Shown here piece after piece: positions 26,901 through 34,178 of a DNA stretch of 34,178 nt. Each line of letters opens with the position of its first letter. Within the stretch, counting starts at the first letter, position 1. The position numbers and the translations under genes were made by a program. The notes beneath the pieces are model-generated. The model was not told the origin of the DNA. It saw only the letters and a list, made by a program, of their open reading frames with translations, and did no database searches. This stretch comes from a virus. Lineage: Duplodnaviria > Caudoviricetes. Location of the stretch: IMG/VR virus record IMGVR_UViG_3300048599_000724, positions 1-34,178 of that record, one strand, 5' to 3'.

Positions 26901-29900
26901 GGTGTCGGCGTGTCGCCCGGCTCGTACACCTACACGCCGTCGCCGCTCGGCTACGGTGTCGCGATCGCCGGTGGTGCGATCGCCGGCTACAACCGCTATC
27001 AGAACAGCGGCGGCGGCGCCGCGGGCGTCGCGGGCGGCTTGGCCTACGGCGTCGGCACGACGTATGCGACGCTCGGCGTCAGCGCTGCGCTTTCCGGCGG
27101 CCTGGCTGCCGGCCTGGCCGCGATTCCCGTCGTCGGTTGGATCGCGCTCGCGGCGATGCTGATCGACAAGTTCGCGGGCGGCAAGCTGTTCGGCACGGCC
27201 TTCAAGCCCGAACAGTCCACGCAGTCGATGAGCATCGGCCCGGAGGGCGCGAGCGCGGGCCTGTCGTTGAGCGAAGTACGTCAGCGCTCGCTGTTCCGTG
27301 GGCGCCAGTGGCGTTTGACGCAGCTCGACGTGCCGCCCGAGCTGCAGAAAGCCGCCGAGGATTTCTACAAGCAGATATCGAAGATCATGACGGACGGCGC
27401 GCGCCAGCTCGCGATCGACGTGCCGCCTATGATCGACGCGACGTTGCGCACCGTCGAGGAATACGACAAGAACGGCAAGGTGAAGGCGACGAAGTATTTC
27501 GTCGACACGCTCGGGCGCACCTGGGAAGAAGCGAGCGCGGAACTCGCCGCCACGCGTGTATCGGCCGAGGCCATCGTCGCGACTGTCGCGGCGAGCGAAG
27601 CGGGCCGCGCTGCCAGCGCGATCGCGGAGCAATGGCGAGGCTCCGCGGAGGAACTTCTGGCCGGCGCGCAATTCTTGCTGGCCGCGTCGGTCGACATGGA
27701 AAAGGGGCGCGCGCTGCTCGGCGAAGATGCGACGCTCGAAGCGACCGTCGCGCTGACGCAAGAGCTGTCGTTCTCGAACGAATCGCTGATCGAGACCTAC
27801 GCGCGCCTGCGCGCTGAAACGCAGGTCTTTAAGGACGCCCTGCGTTCGATCGGCGTGACGCTCAACCTCAGCGGCGAGGAAATGGTCCGATTCGCCGACG
27901 AAATCGCTCAGGCATTCGGCGGCGTCGAGCAGGCGCAGTCGGAATGGCAGCAGTTCATCAGCAATTTCGGCGCCGATGGTTTTGGACTGACCGAACAACT
28001 GGCGACGCTTCAGGAAGAGGCGTTGGACCAACTGTCGGCGATCGGTTTCGATTCGCTGTTGTCTCTCGACGATTTTGAAGAGAAGTTCAAGGCGGCTTTG
28101 CCGACGCTGTCGGCCGACGAAATCGTGCAGTGGATTCGCGCGGGCAATGCGCTCGCGGACGCGACGCGCGCGCAGGAGTCGTACACGAACGCGCTCGAAG
28201 CCTACCAGCAGTTTTCCGACGACCTGGCGCAGTCGTTGAACGTGTATCAGGACCGCGGCCAGTTCGGCGAGCAGATGCGGCAGATCGATTCGTGGCGCAC
28301 CGACGCGATCGCCCAGGCCAACCAGCTCGCCCGCGCCGCCGGCCTTGCTGCCGCGAGTGAGCGCGACCTCGCGAACATCGAACTGCGCGCCGCGCAGTTG
28401 CGCGCGCAGGCGTATCGCCAGCTCGAAGTCTCGACGCAGGATCTGATCGCGCGCCTGTACGGCGGCCCGGCCGGATCGCTCGATGCGCTCAACGCGCAGA
28501 TCGCTGCGATGGAAGCTGCGCAGCAAGGCGCGATGCAGGGCGTGCAGGACGTCGCCGACGCGAGCAACCAGCGCTACGAAGACGAACTCGCCGCGATCGA
28601 GCGCATTCGCGGCTTCCTGAATTCGCTACTGCTCAACACGCAACTGACGACGCTCACGCCCGAGCAGCAGCTCGCGGAGGCGCGCCGCCAGTACGAGGCT
28701 GTCCTGGCGCGCGCGCGCGGCGGCGACGTCGACGCGCTGGCGCAGTTGCCGGACCTCGCGCAGGCGTTGCTCGAACGTGGGCGCGGCTTATATTCGTCCG
28801 GCGACGAGTACGACTCGCTCTTCGCGAGCGTGACGCAGGCGTTGTCGGCGCTCGGCGTGCGGTCTGTGCCATCGGCCGGCAGCGGAACCGGCGGCGGTGG
28901 CGTCGTCGCCATCACCGCGAGTCCGCAACTGCAAGCCCTCTACGAGCGCCGCGACGAACTGCTCGCCGAGCAGGAACGCCAGACACGGCTTGCAATGGCA
29001 CAGCAGCTCGCCATCCAGTTGCAGCAGATGGCCGCGGATTCGGGCCGTCCCGTGATCGAGCTGGCGCGCTCGCTCGGCGTGAAGATCGACGAGTTCATCT
29101 CAGACCTCGGTATCAACCTGGAAGACCTGACGGTTGCAACGACGGGGCAACTGGCAGACCTCGCGGCAACGCTCGGCATCAGCCTCGTGGACCTCGCGAA
29201 CGAGGTCGGATTCTCGCTCGGCGATCTGGCCGACCAGAACAGCCTGATCAACGATCTTCTCGAACAGCGCATTCAGTCGTTGCCAGCCGCGGAGCGCGCG
29301 CTGCTCGAACCGCTCTTTCGCGCCGTCGAGGAAGCCACAAACGAGGCCGATGCGAACGCGGCGATCAACGCACTGCGCGACCGCGCGAACGGCTTGCCGG
29401 CGGGCATTCGCGATCTGCTCGCGCCGATCCTCGGCTTGCCGGCGTCGACGACGACCGCAATCAGCGGCACGGCAACGGCAACGAACGCGATCGCGGAGAG
29501 CACGTCGAAATCGGCAGAGGCGTCGTACTGGAACGGCATGTCGATCGGCTTCCAAAACGACGTCACCAACGCGTCGCTCGTCCAAGTGCACAGCCGCCTC
29601 GCCGAGATTCGGGACGCGATCAACGCCGGCCCGAATGCTGCCGGCTCCGCCGCGAACTCGTACGGCGACGCGATGGAGTTCGTCAACGAAGTCGCCGCCC
29701 TGTATTCGCCGAGCGACGCCGAATCGCAGTCGGACGGCGAAGCGTTGCGCGCGATCACCGAGGAACTGGTAGCGGTGCGCAAGGAGCTCGCCGCGCTGCG
29801 CGCCGAGCGCGTACGAGGCGATGACAAGATCGCGGACAGTTTGGAAGCCGTGGCCGACGCCACGACCGAGGCCGCAGCGACGGCCGCGCGTGAGCAGCGG

Positions 29901-29933
29901 CGCTTGGTCGAACGAATGGGAACTCGTGCATGA
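23946..29933 (+). CDS. tail tape measure protein (~1995 aa)
   Basis: [27 protein letters not shown] tape-measure motif; Ala-rich helical body; GGGAG SD before ATG 23946. Confidence 0.93.
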   Translation: [1995 protein letters not shown]

Positions 29934-32401
29934 GTAGAGAACGTATTGCCGCGATCGAGGTCGGCGACGACGTCGTTTTCAACGCGAGCTGGTTGCAGAC
30001 CGGCGCGACGATCACGAACAACGGCCGGACGGTGCGGCGCACCGGCGGCACCGCGACGCAGCTTGGCATCACGCGCGTGATCCGGCCGCGCGACGGTGGC
30101 CGGCTGTTTCTTCGCTTCCGGCTCGACTTCGTGCCGGCGAACGGCCTGCTCGTCGGCGTCGCCGCGCCGTCGCTGTTGCCGAACGTCGGTTTGAATATCG
30201 GCTCGGATGCTCAAGGGTGGAGCTACGCCACGGACGGCGTGATCTGGAACGGCGGTGTGCCGACGTCGACGGGTGTCGCCGCCGTGGCTGGCGACGTGAT
30301 CGACTTGGCCGTCGACATCGGTGCGGGAAAGCTCTGGTTCGGGAAGAACGGCACCTGGATCGGCGGCGGAAATCCCGCTGCCGGCACGGGCGCGCAGTTC
30401 ACGAACGTTCCCGGCACGATCTACGTCGCCGTGTCCTGCTACGGCATCACCAGCGGCGCTACGCTGCTCGTCGACGACGTCGACATCCGGTCGTTCGTTC
30501 CGGCCGGCTTTACGCCGTGCGGTCTACTCGCGCGCATCGCTACGAAAGGCTTCGCGACGTCGCCGAACGACACGCCGGCCAACACCTACTATGACGGCCG
30601 CGTCGCGCCGGACGGCGACCCGGTGTACCGCCGCGCCATCAGTTGCGTTTTGTGGGATCGTGGCGCACGTACCGGCTCCCCGCTCGGCGATATCGAGCTG
30701 ATCAACATCGACGGTGCGCTCGATCACTGGCTCGGCTACGAAGTGCGCGGCATGCTCGTGCAGGTTCGCCTCGGTTACGAGGCGCAGGCCAAGGCGACAT
30801 TCACGGACGTCGCGTCCGGCGCCATCGATCGCGCCGAGGTCGTCAGCGAAGAGCGCATGCGCCTGGTGCTCGCCGATCCCGGCATGCGCATCGACAAACC
30901 CGCGCAAGCGACGATGTACGCCGCGACGATTCCGAACACTGCGCTCGTCAATCAGCCGCAGCCGATGACACTCGGCCTGGTGCAATGGATTCCGCTGCCG
31001 CAGTCCGATCCGGCCAACCTGCAGTATCCGTTCCACGACGGCCCGAATGGCGGTGCGAAAGAGCTGCGCGACCAGGGTGTCGTGATTACGCCGAGCATCG
31101 GCTGGAGCTTCGGCACGCGCACCGACAGCGTCGGCGTCGCGCGGCTGGTCAATCCGGCCGGCCGCAACGCGGCGATCGCGCGTGGCGCCGTGACGCTATC
31201 GTCGCTGTTGCACAGCTTCGATTTCACGCAAGCGGGCAACTGGGCCAGCGACAACCCGATCGGATGGGTGCTCGGGTTCGCCGAAAACGCCACGAACAAG
31301 ATCACCTTCAACGGCGGCGCGCAGTTCCTCTGCGACGGCAGTGGGTCGATCGTGGTGATGGAGCGCGGCACAGGCGCCTATGGCACGAACAACACGCTGG
31401 TGAACGGCGGTCTGTACTGGTGCGAAATCGTCGCGACCGTGACGGCCGGCCAGCTCGAAGTATTGAACGGCGGCTTGGCCGCCACAGACCTCGGTGTCGT
31501 CAAACCGGCCATTCAGAAGGCTACGGGCACGATGCGCTTCGGCGTGCTTTGCACGGCCAACGCGCCGTTGCGCCTGGCCGTCAACCTCGCGGCCGGCGTG
31601 AACGTCACTGTGCACAGCTTGAAGCTTTGGAGCGCCGTGCTGATCGAGCGGCTTCCCGACTGGCTGAATCACTTGTGCGTCACGCGCGGCGGTCTCATCG
31701 CGGCCGATCTCGACACGACGTCGATTAACGCGCTTAGCGCGGCGGCGCCGTACGCGCTCGGTTTCTTCGCCGACCAGGCCGTGAAGCTTCCGGACCTGAT
31801 CAAGCAGACGATGGACTCGTTCTGCGGCTGGTCGTGGTGGACACGGACGAACAAGCTGCGCGTCGGTCGGCTGTCGGACCCGGCGGTCGGCGTGCCCGTC
31901 GCCACATTCACGGACGTCGAGCTGGTGGGAGCCATCGGTGTCGAGCTGGATCGCGCGCCTGGCCTTTCCGACACGGTCGCCGGTCAACGCAACTACGCGC
32001 AGCACGGCGACGGTGAAATCGCCGGCAGCGTGCTGACGACGCCCGCGGCCGGGCTGCTGCGCGCGGACTATCTCGCCAAGCGCACCGGCACCGGCGTGCT
32101 CGCCGCGACCTATCGATCGGCGAAAGGCGCTGCGCCGATCAAGACGTTGCTGACGTCGGCTGGCGACGTGCAGGCGCTCGCGAACCTCATCACCACACTG
32201 TACTCCGTGCCTCGGTACTTCTATACGTTTTCCGCTGCGATGGACGACGTCGGCAGCTACACGATCGAGCCGGGAGACGTGGTGCGTGTGCAGACCGACA
32301 TCACGAAACGTTTCGGTCTGACTAACGGAAAAAATCTGCTAGTTGTATCGGCCACAAGCCGCTGGACGTCGAACCTCGTTGAATTCGTGGCTTGGGGATA
32401 A
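29930..32401 (+). CDS. tail tip/hub protein with N-terminal SPRY-like domain and internal beta-sandwich insert
   Basis: VGVA...IGSDAQGWSY..DG...GDVIDLAVDIGAGKLWFGKNGTW SPRY pattern; C-terminal IEPGDVVRV...RFGL..GK hub-like end. Confidence 0.7.
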   Translation: MSRERIAAIEVGDDVVFNASWLQTGATITNNGRTVRRTGGTATQLGITRVIRPRDGGRLFLRFRLDFVPANGLLVGVAAPSLLPNVGLNIGSDAQGWSYATDGVIWNGGVPTSTGVAAVAGDVIDLAVDIGAGKLWFGKNGTWIGGGNPAAGTGAQFTNVPGTIYVAVSCYGITSGATLLVDDVDIRSFVPAGFTPCGLLARIATKGFATSPNDTPANTYYDGRVAPDGDPVYRRAISCVLWDRGARTGSPLGDIELINIDGALDHWLGYEVRGMLVQVRLGYEAQAKATFTDVASGAIDRAEVVSEERMRLVLADPGMRIDKPAQATMYAATIPNTALVNQPQPMTLGLVQWIPLPQSDPANLQYPFHDGPNGGAKELRDQGVVITPSIGWSFGTRTDSVGVARLVNPAGRNAAIARGAVTLSSLLHSFDFTQAGNWASDNPIGWVLGFAENATNKITFNGGAQFLCDGSGSIVVMERGTGAYGTNNTLVNGGLYWCEIVATVTAGQLEVLNGGLAATDLGVVKPAIQKATGTMRFGVLCTANAPLRLAVNLAAGVNVTVHSLKLWSAVLIERLPDWLNHLCVTRGGLIAADLDTTSINALSAAAPYALGFFADQAVKLPDLIKQTMDSFCGWSWWTRTNKLRVGRLSDPAVGVPVATFTDVELVGAIGVELDRAPGLSDTVAGQRNYAQHGDGEIAGSVLTTPAAGLLRADYLAKRTGTGVLAATYRSAKGAAPIKTLLTSAGDVQALANLITTLYSVPRYFYTFSAAMDDVGSYTIEPGDVVRVQTDITKRFGLTNGKNLLVVSATSRWTSNLVEFVAWG

Positions 32402-32403
32402 AC

Positions 32404-33264
32404 ATGGCCGGTGCTTACTTCATCTGGAAAGACATTCTGCAGGGCGCGACGGGTTCGTACACGCATGTCGGCGCCGGTAGCAGTTCGGTCGTGTCGACGC
32501 TGCCGCAGGCGAACATGCTCGACCGTCGCCTAGCGAAGGTCTGCCGCATGTCCTACGCCGGCCTGAACTCGACGTCGGAAATGCGGCACACGTTCAATCT
32601 GGCGGCGCCGCCGCCGGAAGATATCGTCTCTGGTCAGCTCTCGGCCGTCGTCATCTGCGGCTGGCGCATTCTGGAGTATCCCGGCGCTGCGATGCAGTTT
32701 CGCGTGCGCGACAGCGTCCTGTCGCCGAGCTTCGATTCGGGCTGGATCACGGACTCATGGCTCGGTGCGACGTCGTCGTTGCTGTCGCTCTACGTGCTGC
32801 CGTCCACCACCGCGCCGTCGCAGATCATCGTGTCGTTTCGACCGCATACCGCGGGCGGCGTGCCGGGCACGGGAACGCTCGACATTGGCCGAGCCTTCGC
32901 TGGTCGGTCGATCAATATGCCAAAGGGCGTGGACGCGCAGTTCAGCGTGGCAACGACCGACGCTGGGCGCTCGATGCGCTCGCGAGGCCAGCAGATGTAC
33001 AGCGAACGTCTGCCACGCGTGCGCACGCTGTCGTGCAAGCTGTCGCAAATGACTGCGGCTCAGTGCTTCGGCAGTCCCTTCACCTTCATGCAGATGGCGA
33101 AGGACGCCGGCACGTCGGATGACGTGGTGATCGTCCCCCGCAGCAGCGGGGCAGGCGACGTGCAGCAGCTCGCGATCTACGGCCGCCTGACCAAGTCACC
33201 GGTTCTGCAGCACGCCGGTGACGGCCTCTACGCAACCGATTTCGACGTGGAGGAAGCGCTCTAA
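32404..33264 (+). CDS. putative tail tip (Dit-like) protein
   Basis: Beta-rich 286 aa, DIGRAFAG and RSRGQQMY...RTLSCKL motifs; last structural gene. Confidence 0.55.
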   Translation: MAGAYFIWKDILQGATGSYTHVGAGSSSVVSTLPQANMLDRRLAKVCRMSYAGLNSTSEMRHTFNLAAPPPEDIVSGQLSAVVICGWRILEYPGAAMQFRVRDSVLSPSFDSGWITDSWLGATSSLLSLYVLPSTTAPSQIIVSFRPHTAGGVPGTGTLDIGRAFAGRSINMPKGVDAQFSVATTDAGRSMRSRGQQMYSERLPRVRTLSCKLSQMTAAQCFGSPFTFMQMAKDAGTSDDVVIVPRSSGAGDVQQLAIYGRLTKSPVLQHAGDGLYATDFDVEEAL

Positions 33265-33277
33265 AACACGTGTTAAG

Positions 33278-33410
33278 CGGGAGCCGCCGCCCGGTGCGTC
33301 AACACCGAGCGGCTCCCGGAGCAACGGTTGGGCCGTTGACCAGGTGCTCCCTACCGCGACGTCACGGTGGTTGGGAGTCTAGTTTCGTCCCATCTCAAAA
33401 CCGGAGACCT
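33278..33410 (+). promoter_or_regulatory. structured RNA leader upstream of methylase
   Basis: Consecutive stems: CGGGAGCCGC/GCGGCTCCCG enclosing CGGTG-cgtcaa-CACCG; CAACGG/CCGTTG; CTCCC/GGGAG; TCTC/GAGA over the SD. Confidence 0.55.
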
Positions 33411-34178
33411 ATGGTCGCCCCGTTGTTTCCTTGGCCTGGCGGAAAGCGCCGGCTGTCGAAGTACCTCTTGCCGCTCTTTGAAAACGTAGGACATACCTGC
33501 TACTGCGAGCCGTTCTCGGGCGCGGCGGCCATGTTGTTCGCTCGGCCGGAGCCGGCCAAGGCCGAGGTCATCAACGACATCAACATGGACCTGATCACTC
33601 TGTATCGCGTGGTCGCCAATCACCTCGACGAGTTCGTCAAACAGTACCGGTGGGCGCTCAGCAGCCGCGAGATGTTTCGATGGTGCGAGCTACAGCACGT
33701 CGACACGTTGACCGACATCCAGCGGTCTGCGAGGTTCTTCTACCTCCAGACCCATGCGTTCGGCGGAAAGGTTTCGTCGAGGACGTTCGGCACGTCAACC
33801 ACCAGCGGGCCGCGCTTGAACCTGCTGCGGTTGGAAGAGGCGCTTTCAGCGGTGCATCTGCGGCTCTCGCGCGTCACCATCGAATGCTTGCCGTGGGAAG
33901 CGTGCATGCACAAGTACGATCGGCCGCACACGTTGTTCTTTTGCGACCCGCCGTATTTCGAGACGGAAGGCTACGGGGTCGACTTCCCGCTCGACGAGTA
34001 CCGACGCCTTGCAGCCGTGCTTCGTTCCCTGAAGGGACACGCAATCCTCACGATCAATGATCATCCGGCAATGCGTGAAGTTTTCTCAGGGTTCGGATTT
34101 CGGGTCGTACCGATCTCCTACACCATCGGCGGAAGTCAGCGAGGGAAGAATGCCCGGGAGCTGGTAGTTACGTCCTAA
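33411..34178 (+). CDS. D12-class N6-adenine DNA methyltransferase at the mom-equivalent position
   Basis: PWPGGKRRL, EPFSGAAA, EVINDIN, FFCDPPY; GGAG SD before ATG 33411. Confidence 0.95.
   Translation: MVAPLFPWPGGKRRLSKYLLPLFENVGHTCYCEPFSGAAAMLFARPEPAKAEVINDINMDLITLYRVVANHLDEFVKQYRWALSSREMFRWCELQHVDTLTDIQRSARFFYLQTHAFGGKVSSRTFGTSTTSGPRLNLLRLEEALSAVHLRLSRVTIECLPWEACMHKYDRPHTLFFCDPPYFETEGYGVDFPLDEYRRLAAVLRSLKGHAILTINDHPAMREVFSGFGFRVVPISYTIGGSQRGKNARELVVTS

Larger units (their letters stand above)
1..34178 (+). mobile_element. Mu-like transposable prophage/phage with siphovirus-type tail (repressor and att ends not in window)
   Basis: MuA DDE transposase + MuB ATPase + gemA + mor + Mu-type head module (DUF3486, TerL, DUF935 portal, MuF, gpG, gpI, gpT, gp36) in canonical order; tail tube present, no sheath gene. 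Confidence 0.97.

Noticed and set aside
33270-33410. 47-aa N-terminal extension of the methylase or a com gene
   Set aside because: SD and family N-terminus (PLFPWPGGK) support ATG 33411; no CxxC-CxxC Com pattern seen
1-34178. att ends (TG...CA), repressor, CRISPR array, tRNA, DGR/reverse transcriptase, invertase, tail sheath
   Set aside because: None recognisable; window begins and ends on gene boundaries, so ends and repressor are presumably outside

Overview
The window is almost one complete Mu-like (transposable) prophage or phage genome from a high-GC proteobacterium, with a non-contractile (siphovirus-type) tail and a gene layout resembling Pseudomonas B3/JBD67/D3112-type phages. It runs from the start codon of a Ner/BcepMu gp16-like gene to the stop codon of a D12-class adenine methylase, so the repressor and both att ends lie outside it. 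The order is: early/transposition (ner, A, B, DUF3164, DUF2786, gemA), mor-like activator, lysis (holin, SLT endolysin, Rz/Rz1), TraR-like, gp25/gp26-like, an Acb2-family anti-CBASS sponge, terminases, portal, MuF, gpG, protease/scaffold, capsid, neck, tail tube, frameshifted tail chaperones, a ~2000-aa tape measure, two tail-tip genes and the methylase. Two antisense moron genes interrupt it. The top lead is the Acb2 homolog: both cyclic-dinucleotide pocket residues appear replaced (Y11E, K26T) while the trinucleotide-site residues are kept, suggesting altered ligand specificity. Other leads are a MuF-PBECR nuclease fusion followed by a structured RNA rather than an immunity gene, several cis RNA structures, a twice-repeated late-promoter motif, and a fibre-less SPRY-containing tail tip. 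Family assignments come from recognising motifs and synteny by eye; no searches were run.
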